NCBI GenBank assembly: GCA_036170915.1
Contig: JAVHQC010000005.1
Coordinates: 36,651 to 100,650 of the forward strand
Reading direction: 5' to 3'
Source of the DNA: Cyanobacteria bacterium auto_48_18
GTDB taxonomy: Bacteria > Cyanobacteriota > Vampirovibrionia > Obscuribacterales > Obscuribacteraceae
Length of the DNA stretch: 64,000 nt
Below the pieces are notes generated by a model, which had not been told where the DNA came from, did not search any database, and saw nothing but the letters and a program-made list of their open reading frames with translations. Both the position numbers and the translations under genes were made by a program. How positions within the stretch are numbered: position 1 is the first letter of the stretch; every line of letters starts with the position of its first letter. This document shows positions 9,490-19,320 of this stretch, one piece after another.

Positions 9490-10810
9490 TCAGTCGGTCA
9501 CTGCTTTTATCAATTCGGTTGATGCCGATCAGGCTTTAATCGAGGTTGATATTCAGGGCAGTATCGCCCACGCCACCATGCTTTGTCAGCAGGGCCTGCT
9601 TACCCAGGCCCAGGCGGCGAATATTGTCAGCGGTTTGCAGGCCATTTTGAGCGAGTACCACGCTGGTGCCTTTGTGCTCAACCCTGTGTTTGAAGACGTG
9701 CATATGAATGTAGAGAAACGTCTCGAACAACTCATTGGTCAAGACGCTCTGCGGCTTCACACCGCGCGCAGCAGAAATGATCAAGTCGCACTTGACTTGC
9801 GGCTTTTTGTAATCGGGCAAATCGCTCAGCACAAAGCGCAAATTGCAGCACTGAAAGCAGCGATCAACAAGTCTGCCACAGAGAATATTGACGCTGTCAT
9901 GCCGGGCTATACACACCTGCAACGGGCACAGCCTGTGCTTTTCGCCCACGCTATGCATGCCTTCATAGAAATGCTCGCTAGAGATTACGGTCGCTTTGAA
10001 GATCTCGAAAAACGGGTGGCGATTTCACCACTAGGGGCTGGTGCCCAGGCTGGTACCGGGCTTCCAATCGATCCGCATTTGAGCGCCAAATTGCTTGGTA
10101 TGCAGGGCTGTTTCAATAATTCGATTGATGCCGTTAGCGATCGTGATTTTGCCGCTGAGTATTTATTTGCAGCGTCAATGTGCTCGGTGCACTTAAGTCA
10201 GATGGCCGAAACATTTGTGATTTGGGCCTCGCGCGAGTTTGGCTTTGTCACTTTTAGTGACGCTGTGACCACGGCATCGAGTTTGATGCCGCAAAAGAAA
10301 AATCCTGATCCCGTTGAAATTGTGCGCGGAAAAACTGGTGGCATGATTGGTGCGTTAGTAAATATACTTTCCACCTTAAAGGGTCTGCCGCTTGGTTATA
10401 ATCGCGATTTGCAAGAGACCAAAGAGCCGGTTATTAAGGTCAGCCACGAACTGAGTGGCAGCCTAAATGTCATGGCAATTGCCATTGCCAGCATGACCGT
10501 CAACTGCGAGACAACGCTGAAAGCCGCTTCTGACCCAGATATGATTACTACCGACCTGGTGGAATACCTTGTAAATAAGTCGGTGCCATTTCGACGAGCC
10601 CACGAAGAAGTGTCGGCTCTCGTGGTTTTCGCACGGGAGAAAGCTGTCTCTCTTTCGGCTTTAACACTGGCCGAGCTGCAGAATTTCAGCAAAGAATATG
10701 AAACTGACGCTCTCGCTCTGTTCGATCCCGTCGTTTCGGTGACCGCCAAAACATCTCACGGTAGTACCGGCGCAGCCAAAGTCAAAGAGGTGGCGCATTC
10801 GTTTAAATGA
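9452..10810 (+). CDS. argH: Argininosuccinate lyase
   Basis: EDVHM, HTARSRNDQ, MPGYTHLQRAQP, SSLMPQKKNPD, YNRDLQE. Confidence 0.96.
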   Translation: MQVLRKAFTQQLDQSVTAFINSVDADQALIEVDIQGSIAHATMLCQQGLLTQAQAANIVSGLQAILSEYHAGAFVLNPVFEDVHMNVEKRLEQLIGQDALRLHTARSRNDQVALDLRLFVIGQIAQHKAQIAALKAAINKSATENIDAVMPGYTHLQRAQPVLFAHAMHAFIEMLARDYGRFEDLEKRVAISPLGAGAQAGTGLPIDPHLSAKLLGMQGCFNNSIDAVSDRDFAAEYLFAASMCSVHLSQMAETFVIWASREFGFVTFSDAVTTASSLMPQKKNPDPVEIVRGKTGGMIGALVNILSTLKGLPLGYNRDLQETKEPVIKVSHELSGSLNVMAIAIASMTVNCETTLKAASDPDMITTDLVEYLVNKSVPFRRAHEEVSALVVFAREKAVSLSALTLAELQNFSKEYETDALALFDPVVSVTAKTSHGSTGAAKVKEVAHSFK

Positions 10811-10845
10811 TTGAGAAAACTTGACTGCAAACAGGGTTATATAGA

Positions 10846-10863
10846 TTAGAATGGTCGTTCTAA
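10846..10863. promoter_or_regulatory. Putative TetR operator (TTAGAATG-GT-CGTTCTAA)
   Basis: Inverted repeat just downstream of a TTGACT -35-like hexamer (10821-10826) and upstream of the TetR gene. Confidence 0.55.
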
Positions 10864-10891
10864 CCTATTTATGCAGTAACAGGCTTTCAAA

Positions 10892-11476
10892 ATGGCGTCA
10901 ACAAAACAGAAAGCATTGCCTAAAGACAAACGCCAGATGATTGTTGAAACTATGCTCGATCTCGTTGTTGAGCGTGGTTTTCACAACTCACCAATGTCTC
11001 TTCTGGCGAAGAGAGCTGGCGCTAGCGCCGGCGTTATTTACCATTATTTTGCCAGCAAAGAAGATGTTATTCACGCTGTTTATTTGCACGTCAAATCTGT
11101 AAAAGTGAAATTTATTCTTGATGGGCAACCGACTAGCAATTCAATAGAAGAGTTGTTTTTACTTTCTTTTGTCAAAGTCTATAATTTCTATCGCACGCAT
11201 TTGCGCGAAACACTTTTTCTCGACCTGTATGAAAATTCTACTTTTTGTTCTACTGCGTCCGACCACGCAGCACAGGCAGATCCTGCTCTACAGGCATTCA
11301 TGAACGCCTTTCGCCCTAAGAAAGATGGCGGCCTGTTGAAAGATCTTCCTCCTGAGGCGATCCACGAGTTTTCGTTTGGATTAGCCAGGCGTCTTGCCAA
11401 AAATGAAATGGCTTTACCACCAGCTTCCTTGAAGAAAATCGCCAAAGCGTCCTGGCAAGCAATTGCAGCCCAGTAA
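10892..11476 (+). CDS. TetR/AcrR family transcriptional regulator
   Basis: N-terminal HTH: GFHNSPMSLLAKRAGASAGVIYHYFASKEDVI. Confidence 0.92.
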   Translation: MASTKQKALPKDKRQMIVETMLDLVVERGFHNSPMSLLAKRAGASAGVIYHYFASKEDVIHAVYLHVKSVKVKFILDGQPTSNSIEELFLLSFVKVYNFYRTHLRETLFLDLYENSTFCSTASDHAAQADPALQAFMNAFRPKKDGGLLKDLPPEAIHEFSFGLARRLAKNEMALPPASLKKIAKASWQAIAAQ

Positions 11477-11494
11477 CTTTTAATTTACCGGCAC

Positions 11495-11514
11495 TAGAAT
11501 GAACGTTCGGTCTA
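11495..11514. promoter_or_regulatory. Putative TetR operator (TAGAATGAAC-GTTCGGTCTA)
   Basis: 20-bp imperfect palindrome upstream of the aldo/keto reductase; shares the TAGAATG half-site with 10846-10863. Confidence 0.65.
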
Positions 11515-11588
11515 TGATTCAATATTAGGCAAGCGCTGGCAATTAGAGATTTCTGATTGGGCCGCTTAAGTAGTTGAGGAAATCACAT

Positions 11589-12653
11589 ATGGAATATAGA
11601 ACTCTCGGCAATACCGGCTTACTGGTCTCGACCCTTTGCTTTGGTGCTATGACTTTTGACGGCGGTAAAGGCATTTTCAAAATGCTGGGCGGCTCTAATC
11701 AGGCTCAGGCGGATGAACTCGTCAAGGCTTGCATAGCGGAGGGTGTCAATTTCTTTGATACCGCCGATATCTATTCTGAAGGCGGCAGCGAGGAGATGCT
11801 TGGTCAATCCTTCAAGAATCTTGGTATAGCCCGAAAAGATGTTGTCATCGCCACAAAGTGCTTTGGCCGCATGGGTGACGGCCGCAACGATGTCGGTGCA
11901 TCGCGCGGGCATATCATGGACGCTGTAGACGCCAGCCTGCGCCGCTTGCAAACCGATTACATTGACCTTTATCAGATTCACGGCAGCGACAGCGTTACTC
12001 CCATTGAAGAGACCTTGCGCGCTTTAGATACTCTCGTTAATTCCGGCAAGGTTCGCTATATAGGATGCTCAAATTGGCAAGCGTGGAAATTGGCTAAAGC
12101 ATTGGGAATTTCTGAATACAAAAATTTGGCTCGCTTTGATAGTTTGCAGGCCTATTATTCACTCGCCGGTCGCGATTTAGAGCGCGAACTGGTGCCTCTT
12201 CTGGAAGCTGAAAAAACAGGACTGCTTGTATGGAGCCCACTTGCAGGTGGATTGCTTTCAGGCAAATTTAGTCGCGAGAATCAAAAACCTGAGAATTCGC
12301 GCCGCTCTGAATTTGATTTTCCACTTGTTGATAAAGAGCGCACATGGAATATTCTCGAAGCGATCGCACCTATTGCAGAAGCGCATGGCTGTAGCGCAGC
12401 GCAGATTTCTTTAGCATGGCTTTTGTCGAAATCAGTTGTTACTTCAGTGATTATTGGTGCTAGAAATATGCAACAGTTGAAAGACAATTTGAGTTCGGTG
12501 CACGTTAAATTGAGCGACAGTGAAATTGCAATTCTCGATGAAGTAAGCCAATTGCCGCCGGAATATCCGGGCTGGATGGTGCCCTTTCAAAACATGGATC
12601 GCCTTGCGCCCGTCGACCACTTTGAAGCCATGAAGGAACTGGTGAAAAAATAG
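11589..12653 (+). CDS. Aldo/keto reductase
   Basis: GVNFFDTADIY, ATK, DYIDLYQIH, GKVRYIGCSN, WSPLAGGLL. ATG follows a GAGG RBS. Confidence 0.95.
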   Translation: MEYRTLGNTGLLVSTLCFGAMTFDGGKGIFKMLGGSNQAQADELVKACIAEGVNFFDTADIYSEGGSEEMLGQSFKNLGIARKDVVIATKCFGRMGDGRNDVGASRGHIMDAVDASLRRLQTDYIDLYQIHGSDSVTPIEETLRALDTLVNSGKVRYIGCSNWQAWKLAKALGISEYKNLARFDSLQAYYSLAGRDLERELVPLLEAEKTGLLVWSPLAGGLLSGKFSRENQKPENSRRSEFDFPLVDKERTWNILEAIAPIAEAHGCSAAQISLAWLLSKSVVTSVIIGARNMQQLKDNLSSVHVKLSDSEIAILDEVSQLPPEYPGWMVPFQNMDRLAPVDHFEAMKELVKK

Positions 12654-12675
12654 TTTCGGTTGGTCGAGCTAAAGG

Positions 12676-13611
12676 CTAAAAAGCCAAGTTGAATGCTTTC
12701 CACATGCTTGTTTGGGTGGTGGTGGTGTTAGGTGCTAGGAAGCCACCACCATACAAGCGGGGAGTAGAAAAGGCGGGAGCATAAAACGGTGCCGGGGAAA
12801 CCGGATAGCCATAAGGATAAGCCGGCACCGAGCCAATCGCCGCCTGGAATTTACCGATGTTGAGTGTCACTGCCGGTCGTGTGTAACCGTATGCGCCACC
12901 ATATCCGCCACCATAACCAAACGGATTATAGGCATTGCCGCCAAATAAACCGGCCGCCGGGTTGCCAAAAAGATTGCCGCCGCTAAAGCTGCCGTAGTTG
13001 TTCCACGGATTGTATCCGCCTCCATAAGCGTTATATCCGCCGTACAAGCCGCCATAGTATGGATTCCCATAACCGCCAAATCCACCGTAGCCGCCGTAAC
13101 CGCCATAACCCGGATAAAACCCATTACCAATCACACCATTAGGATAAATTGGCCGCGGATTTAAACTGGGATTGATATAACCGGGAGCGTTGTATCCGGG
13201 CACGTAAGGACGATAACCGTAAGGAGTGTAGCCGTATCCTGGGCCACCGAAGACAAATGGCTGGGGCAAAGCCTGAAAAGTGTTTTCGATATTATTGACG
13301 AAAGGTTTAACGCCAGTGCCTGCCCACGGGTCTGTGGCAGAGTCTTTAATAGGCACTATGTTGCCGTGCGGATCGACTGATACTCCCACTCGGCTTAAAT
13401 CAATAGGAATTTTGGGCAGCTTGGGTTTTGGTTTGCTGTCGACAACTTCTTCCATAAAAAGATTGCCGTTGTCATCTTCAAAGGCTTCACCAGCAGGTTT
13501 ATTCTGCGCCGCTGGTGTTGTTGCCAGTGCTTGATTGATTGGCGCAAAATTGAAGAAACTACCAACGCTCAGGCAGAGGCAAAAAGCTAAAGGAATAGTC
13601 TTACTGAGCAT
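12676..13611 (-). CDS. Exported Gly/Tyr/Pro/Asn-rich low-complexity protein
   Basis: Signal peptide from ATG 13611 (MLSKTIPLAFCLCLSVG...ALA); long GYGGYGG-type region; overlaps the stop of the upstream gene. Confidence 0.7.
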   Translation of the reverse strand: MLSKTIPLAFCLCLSVGSFFNFAPINQALATTPAAQNKPAGEAFEDDNGNLFMEEVVDSKPKPKLPKIPIDLSRVGVSVDPHGNIVPIKDSATDPWAGTGVKPFVNNIENTFQALPQPFVFGGPGYGYTPYGYRPYVPGYNAPGYINPSLNPRPIYPNGVIGNGFYPGYGGYGGYGGFGGYGNPYYGGLYGGYNAYGGGYNPWNNYGSFSGGNLFGNPAAGLFGGNAYNPFGYGGGYGGAYGYTRPAVTLNIGKFQAAIGSVPAYPYGYPVSPAPFYAPAFSTPRLYGGGFLAPNTTTTQTSMWKAFNLAF

Positions 13612-14578
13612 CTGGTAGAGGGCTTCCTGGTGGGTTATCGGGGCTGACGGTTGTGGTGGACTCAGTGCCACTATTACTTGCCGGAACAACTTCGCCTGCC
13701 GGCATGGCACCACTGTTGATGGCGTTTTTAATCAGACTTATATCAATATTGCTGCCGTCACCACCATTATTAAACACACTCTTTACTTTGCCAATTAAAG
13801 CCATGACTGGTTGATAAATTTGATCAGGTAATTTGCTCGAAATTGATTGAGAGATTCCCATTTTTTCGCCCGTGACTTCGGCGATTGGTTGTTGCTCATC
13901 GTTTTTATGTAAGCGTGATGCGATCACATTGACCCAAAACTGCACATGAACTTTAAGACCGGTAATGCGGTCAATGCGAATTTCACCTTCATTAGGTTCG
14001 CTCAATTCGAAAGTGATGGTTTTATCGAAACCAATTTCCGATACGCCTTTTTGTCCTATGGCTTTGACATATTTATCAGCCAGTAAAATTTCAATATGAT
14101 GGCCGGTGTTGGTTTTGGAAACGGCAATTTTCTCTGCGCCCACCTCTTTGAAAGCGCTGGCAACATCCGCCCCAAAGGTAGCCGGATCCACCAACCGATA
14201 ACTGTTCGACAACAAGCTCAGATCTTTCTCTAACTCCGGATCGCCACCCGCGGCCAGTTTCTGGGCCTGATGGAAGCATTCGGATGCAAAGGCATAGCTC
14301 TTTAATTGCAGAGCGCATTCGCCAATTTGTCGTAAAGTGCGCTCTTCGATCGCTTGCACTTGAGCCTTATCTTGGTCCGATAATTCTTCAGCATTCTTGC
14401 CGAGCTCATCTCTCAAGCGCTCCCACTGCGATTGCGCTCTTTTAAAGTCGCCTTCTTCGAAAGCTCGCTTGGCTGAACTGTCATATTTGTCTATTTTGCC
14501 GCTCAGAGCGTGCGCTTCGCCCAGGCTGAACGAGCATGCTAACAAAAGAGCGAGAGCAAAATTACTGCTGTTTTTCAT
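13601..14578 (-). CDS. Exported protein with TPR helices and an uncharacterised beta-rich domain
   Basis: Signal peptide ending AHA; TPR-like helices; 325 aa. Confidence 0.75.
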   Translation of the reverse strand: MKNSSNFALALLLACSFSLGEAHALSGKIDKYDSSAKRAFEEGDFKRAQSQWERLRDELGKNAEELSDQDKAQVQAIEERTLRQIGECALQLKSYAFASECFHQAQKLAAGGDPELEKDLSLLSNSYRLVDPATFGADVASAFKEVGAEKIAVSKTNTGHHIEILLADKYVKAIGQKGVSEIGFDKTITFELSEPNEGEIRIDRITGLKVHVQFWVNVIASRLHKNDEQQPIAEVTGEKMGISQSISSKLPDQIYQPVMALIGKVKSVFNNGGDGSNIDISLIKNAINSGAMPAGEVVPASNSGTESTTTVSPDNPPGSPLPDAQ

Positions 14579-14739
14579 CTGATGCTTGGCTTCTCCATCG
14601 CCTGTCTTTAAGAGTCAAAATCGACCACACACTAATTAAACTGAATCTTCCATCAATCTGTCATCTCGCGCTGTGCGAGAATCTCATGCCATAGCGGCGC
14701 ACCGCTGAGAATACTGTTTTTTTCACCACAGGCCAGGCT

Positions 14740-16086
14740 TTGACTTCTAACGGCAACCGAAATAACGAAGAAATTAGGGAGAATCAAAACCCCATAGCTG
14801 TCAAAACTGCTTCCCGACTCGAAATCTGGTCGTGGGCCATGTTTGATTTCGCTAATTCTAGCTATACCACAGTAGTCACCACTGCAATCTTCAATGCTTA
14901 TTTTGTCAAAACCGTGGCCAGCGCCGTGGAGCTCTCTACGGCCACTCTGTATCTAACTTGTTCGCTTGGTTTAGCCAACCTGCTGGTGGTATTGACCGCC
15001 CCTGTGGTTGGAGCAATTGCCGACGCCTTCGCCATCAAGAAGCGGTTTTTGATGGTCTCAACTTTCTTTTGTGTCATCTGCACCGCCGGCTTATCGCTGG
15101 TGCATCAAGGCGATGTGGCGCTGGCCATGACTTTGCTCGTGCTTTCTAATTTTGCCTTTGGCACTTCAGAAGACCTGATTGCCGCATTCTTGCCCGAAAT
15201 TGCCACACCCGAAAAAATGGGTCGCATCTCAGCCTTTGGCTGGACACTTGGCTATATCGGCGGCATTGCAGTGCTTGGCACCTGTCTGGCCTACGTTACC
15301 TGGGCGCAAAAAGCCGGACAGGCACCTGTTCAATTTGTGCCAGTGACCATGCTGTTTGTCGCCGTAATTTTCATGATGGCTTCTGCACCAACATTTATTT
15401 GGTTGAAGGAAAGAGCGCACAAATCAACGGATCAATCAAAGGTTAGTACCATTGCCGCAGGGGCTTTTCGCCAGGTGTTGAACACTATTGGCGACGCCAA
15501 AAAACATCGTGACCTCTTCACGTTTTTATTGTCGCTGCTTTGCTACAGTTGCGGCTCTACTACGGTAGTGGCTCTGGCAGCTGTTTACGCTGAGCAGGTG
15601 ATGGGTTTTAAAACCAATGAATCGATTATTCTTATTATAGTAGTGAACATTACCGCCGCCGTCGGAGCATTCATCTTTGGATTTATTCAAGATAAAGTTG
15701 GCTCTGTGCGCACGCTGGCAGTGACGCTGGTACTGTGGGCGGTGGCAATATTTATTGCTTATGCCACCACTGATAAAAACGGATTTTGGTGTGCCGCCAA
15801 CATCATGGGTATCGCCATGGGCGCCAGTGCATCAGCCGGTCGCGCCCTGGTGGGCCAACTTTCGCCCGCTGGACGTTCGGCAGAATTCTTTGGCCTATGG
15901 GGTTTATCTGTCAAATTGTCAGCAATTATTGGGCCCATGACTTACGGGCTCGTTACTTATTTGAGCGGATCCAACTATCGGCTGGCCCTGCTTTCAACTC
16001 TCATGTTTTTCATACTCGGCCTGATTGTGGTTTTATTCGTCGACGAAAAACGCGGACGCGGTCAGGCGTTGGCCGAGTCTAATTAA
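14740..16086 (+). CDS. MFS transporter (UMF1/ATG22-like)
   Basis: SWAMFDFANS, GAIAD..AIKK, GRISAFGW.LGY.GG, AEFFGLW; about 12 TM segments. Confidence 0.9.
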   Translation: MTSNGNRNNEEIRENQNPIAVKTASRLEIWSWAMFDFANSSYTTVVTTAIFNAYFVKTVASAVELSTATLYLTCSLGLANLLVVLTAPVVGAIADAFAIKKRFLMVSTFFCVICTAGLSLVHQGDVALAMTLLVLSNFAFGTSEDLIAAFLPEIATPEKMGRISAFGWTLGYIGGIAVLGTCLAYVTWAQKAGQAPVQFVPVTMLFVAVIFMMASAPTFIWLKERAHKSTDQSKVSTIAAGAFRQVLNTIGDAKKHRDLFTFLLSLLCYSCGSTTVVALAAVYAEQVMGFKTNESIILIIVVNITAAVGAFIFGFIQDKVGSVRTLAVTLVLWAVAIFIAYATTDKNGFWCAANIMGIAMGASASAGRALVGQLSPAGRSAEFFGLWGLSVKLSAIIGPMTYGLVTYLSGSNYRLALLSTLMFFILGLIVVLFVDEKRGRGQALAESN

Positions 16087-16100
16087 CAAACTTTTGTCGG

Positions 16101-16715
16101 TTACTTCTGTAAATCATTGGCCATGCTTATGGGCAGTTTGAATCGGGCTGACACTTCGCCCTCGTACTCTTTTAAATGCCACTCTTTGATCTTGCGTGAA
16201 CTTTTGCCTGACTTGTGACCAATGCTGCCAAACCGCTCTAAGCCTTCCGCCATTGCTTCGCGATCACACTGACTGTATTCGGTAGAATTAGCCGCACTGG
16301 TCAGTTCGCCACGCCTTATGCGAGTATCTCCACCCGAAATGGTGCGGAAGTTTCTTTCTATTGTCTCTCTGATATCGCGGGCTATGCGCATTTCTTCAGG
16401 GAAAGATCGGGCTGATTGATTCAGCAAAGCCAGGTCGTTTTTTGTGATGCCGTCATTTTCAAAGAACCATTCATCATTGCTGAGGCTCTGAATTTGGTCA
16501 ATATTCTTGGCTAAAGTTGCGCCAAACTTTTTGTCTGGTGCTTGATTAAGCTCGGTTGGAGTCAAGAAACCATCTTTATCTTTATCTATCTGATCAAACT
16601 TATTGACTGTTGCGGAAATAGATTTCTGAAGTGCTTCAGAGCTAAGCTTGTCGTGCGCGTTCAACTTCGCATCGCTTGTCTGTACTTCATTTAAGGCGCC
16701 GCGGTCACAAGTCAT
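16101..16715 (-). CDS. EF-hand-containing hypothetical protein
   Basis: DKDKDGFLTPTEL EF-hand loop. Start probably ATG 16715 rather than 16838. Confidence 0.65.
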   Translation of the reverse strand: MTCDRGALNEVQTSDAKLNAHDKLSSEALQKSISATVNKFDQIDKDKDGFLTPTELNQAPDKKFGATLAKNIDQIQSLSNDEWFFENDGITKNDLALLNQSARSFPEEMRIARDIRETIERNFRTISGGDTRIRRGELTSAANSTEYSQCDREAMAEGLERFGSIGHKSGKSSRKIKEWHLKEYEGEVSARFKLPISMANDLQK

Positions 16716-16903
16716 ACAGCTAATTCTCCGTTGCGTTCCGGCTACCGTGCCATGATTGTTTTCGAATCTAACAGCAGCGCATATTCGAAACAATGGTGGA
16801 AATCCCACAAACCATATGGTTTGGACCCGTGTATCCAATTTACATTGGAACTAACCTCGTCAGTGACAGTCGTAGGAGTCAAATACCGACGGAGTTAGGC
16901 AGC

Positions 16904-17353
16904 ATGCATTCAAGATCAAACGAACCCATGGAAGAGACGACTAATAACCCAGCTCTTGATGGACCCGAACGCGTTGCAGCGGATCAACATGCCTATGAGC
17001 AAGCTCTGGTTGAGCAAAAGCTTCGCGAAGAGATGCCTAAAGAAGAAGTTGTAGACATGCCCTCGACTTATGTTGGCAATTGGAGTATGTCAGGACCAAT
17101 CATGGCTTGTCTTCTAGTCATTGCCTTTATGGTCGTTGCGGTTGTGGCATCAAGGTCGCTTAATAACTGGATTCCTGCCAATAAACCGGCGCCGACTTCT
17201 GGAGTAGTAGTTCAGCAAACTGTTTCAACGCCTGAAGCAATACCGGCCTATCCAACAGTCTACGTCCAGCGTTCAGCTGATCCAACTATGACACCGAGCC
17301 CTTTGCCCCCAGCTCAAGAAAAGAAAAAGGGCTTTTTCGGTCTGGGTAGATAG
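16904..17353 (+). CDS. Single-pass membrane hypothetical protein
   Basis: One hydrophobic segment (IMACLLVIAFMVVAVVA), Pro-rich tail, C-terminal KKKGFFG; GGAG upstream of ATG 16904. Confidence 0.6.
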   Translation: MHSRSNEPMEETTNNPALDGPERVAADQHAYEQALVEQKLREEMPKEEVVDMPSTYVGNWSMSGPIMACLLVIAFMVVAVVASRSLNNWIPANKPAPTSGVVVQQTVSTPEAIPAYPTVYVQRSADPTMTPSPLPPAQEKKKGFFGLGR

Positions 17354-17357
17354 AGCA

Positions 17358-17612
17358 TCAATTAATTCGACGCTTCCAAAAACCGTCTTTCAATCTCGGC
17401 GGATCGAATTCAATATCAACGGTATCAGGCATCGCCAACAGATCAACAATGCTTGGTTGGTGACCCACAAGGTTGCGGTAATCTTCAATAGTTAAGAGGA
17501 CGTGCGTGGGTTGCCCGTCGTTGGTAATCATGATCGGACCGTTTCGGGCTGCCTTCATAGCTCGATCAGGATTTTGATTGAAATTGAGACTTGTCATCTC
17601 TTTTATCGCCAT
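17358..17612 (-). CDS. Phd/YefM (StbC-like) antitoxin with no adjacent toxin
   Basis: FNQNPDRAMKAARNGPIMIT.DGQPTHVLLTIEDY..L...SIVDLLAMP...IEFDPPR pattern. Confidence 0.85.
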   Translation of the reverse strand: MAIKEMTSLNFNQNPDRAMKAARNGPIMITNDGQPTHVLLTIEDYRNLVGHQPSIVDLLAMPDTVDIEFDPPRLKDGFWKRRIN

Positions 17613-17741
17613 ATCAGCCTCTAATTCAATATAAGTATGTTACTGCTTGACCTTTGGGGATGTAAAGGTAGGCCCTAGCCTTAACTACTCGTTAATAACG
17701 TTAAGCCACAATGACCTGAAGTTACTTCTCAGGATTGTCTA

Positions 17742-18071
17742 ATGCAAACAATTTCTATTCCAGGCCAGTTGGGACGCCTGTCAGACGATGACACTCTGAT
17801 GGTGGGATTTGTGGAATTTCGTGGACCATACTTTGATTCGTCAAGCTGCTTCAACACTCCTGGCTTGCTTGCCGTATTGAAAATTTTGAATGATGAAATC
17901 GAAATGGTAAATCTATATTCGAGCTTAGATCTGCGCGCTTCTGCCCAAGCAGAGTTTGATAAGACAAATTCATCGACACCTATTCGCGTGGCCGTTTATG
18001 AAGCACCATATCTGACACTGCAAGAACTTGACAGTCTTGCAACTTTGACCCTGGCCGAGTTCGAAAATTAG
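17742..18071 (+). CDS. Hypothetical protein
   Basis: 109-aa ORF with an AGGA RBS, filling the intergenic space. Confidence 0.5.
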   Translation: MQTISIPGQLGRLSDDDTLMVGFVEFRGPYFDSSSCFNTPGLLAVLKILNDEIEMVNLYSSLDLRASAQAEFDKTNSSTPIRVAVYEAPYLTLQELDSLATLTLAEFEN

Positions 18072-18143
18072 AAACGTATCTTCTTCCAATCTTCTATACT
18101 GCCCCTGAATCTTTTAGTGGCAACAGCTGAATTGGGACGAAGC

Positions 18144-19226
18144 ATGCGAGCAAGAAAAATCATTAGTACTCTTTTGGCCGCCGTGGCCTTCAACTTTTCA
18201 CTATTGCCGACGCAGGCATGCACCGACTTTTTGGTACAACCGAAAGATGGTTCCAAAATTGTTGGTCGCTCTATGGAATGGGGTGCTGACCTTCAATCTC
18301 ATGTCTGGAAGTATCCGCGAGGACAGTCGCGCAACTCGCAAACTCCTGATGGTAAGCCCGGTTTGACCTGGAAGTCAAAATTTGGTTACGTTGCCCTTGA
18401 TGCCAACAACATGCAGCTGGCGGTGGACGGTTTAAACGAAAAAGGCCTGTCTGTCGGCCTTCTCTGGATGCCTGGCACCAAATATCAGCAAGTAGATTCA
18501 AGTCACGCTGACGAGGCTGTCAGCATTGTCGATCTCGATCACTGGCTGCTCGGTAATTTTTCTACTGTTGCAGAAGTAAAAGCTGCGATTGCTAAAGTAA
18601 AAGTGTGGGCTCCGCAGATGGCTGACTGGGGAGGCATTCCTACAGCACATTTGGCTATCCATGACGCTTCAGGTAACAGTGCTGTGATCGAATTTATCGA
18701 CGGTGAGCAGAAAATTTATGACAATTTGGCAGGAGTGCTAACTAACGCACCCACTTTCGATTGGCATCGCACCAACCTGAGTAACTATTTAAATTTGTCA
18801 GCGGCCAATGCGCAACCGGTTAAAATTCGCGGTACGGTTTTGTCACCACCAGGCCAGGGCGGTGGATTTCTAGGTATTCCCGGCGATTGGACACCACCTT
18901 CGCGCTTCGTACGCGCCAACGCTATGCTTGCCTTTGCCAAGCCTGTATCCACATCCTCTGCTGGCGTCAATCTGGCATTGCACATTCTAAATGCCGTCGA
19001 CATACCGCTTGGAGATGTGCGCCCACAAGATAATTCTCTTGACCACAGCGATTACACGCAGTGGATTGTGGTTAAAGATTTGACCAACAATATTCTTTAT
19101 TTTCGCTCGTATGACAATTTGACTTTGCGTTCTATCGATTTGAAAAAGCTTGATTTTGCAGAGACCTCCAAAGTGGAGAAATTGAGCGACATTGCTGGTG
19201 GTAAGGCTGTTGTCGAGCTGAATTAG
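18144..19226 (+). CDS. Choloylglycine hydrolase / penicillin V acylase family (Ntn hydrolase)
   Basis: Signal peptide followed by nucleophile Cys (QA|CTDF), GRSME, DGLNEKGL, LTNAP, PGD.TPPSRF. Confidence 0.92.
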   Translation: MRARKIISTLLAAVAFNFSLLPTQACTDFLVQPKDGSKIVGRSMEWGADLQSHVWKYPRGQSRNSQTPDGKPGLTWKSKFGYVALDANNMQLAVDGLNEKGLSVGLLWMPGTKYQQVDSSHADEAVSIVDLDHWLLGNFSTVAEVKAAIAKVKVWAPQMADWGGIPTAHLAIHDASGNSAVIEFIDGEQKIYDNLAGVLTNAPTFDWHRTNLSNYLNLSAANAQPVKIRGTVLSPPGQGGGFLGIPGDWTPPSRFVRANAMLAFAKPVSTSSAGVNLALHILNAVDIPLGDVRPQDNSLDHSDYTQWIVVKDLTNNILYFRSYDNLTLRSIDLKKLDFAETSKVEKLSDIAGGKAVVELN

Positions 19227-19320
19227 AGCCATCAATCAATCAACCAGTACTTTGAGCGACGACCACAATTAGCCAAACTTTTTTTGCTCTAATAGCCAGA
19301 GCGTTAATGGTGGGTCTTAC

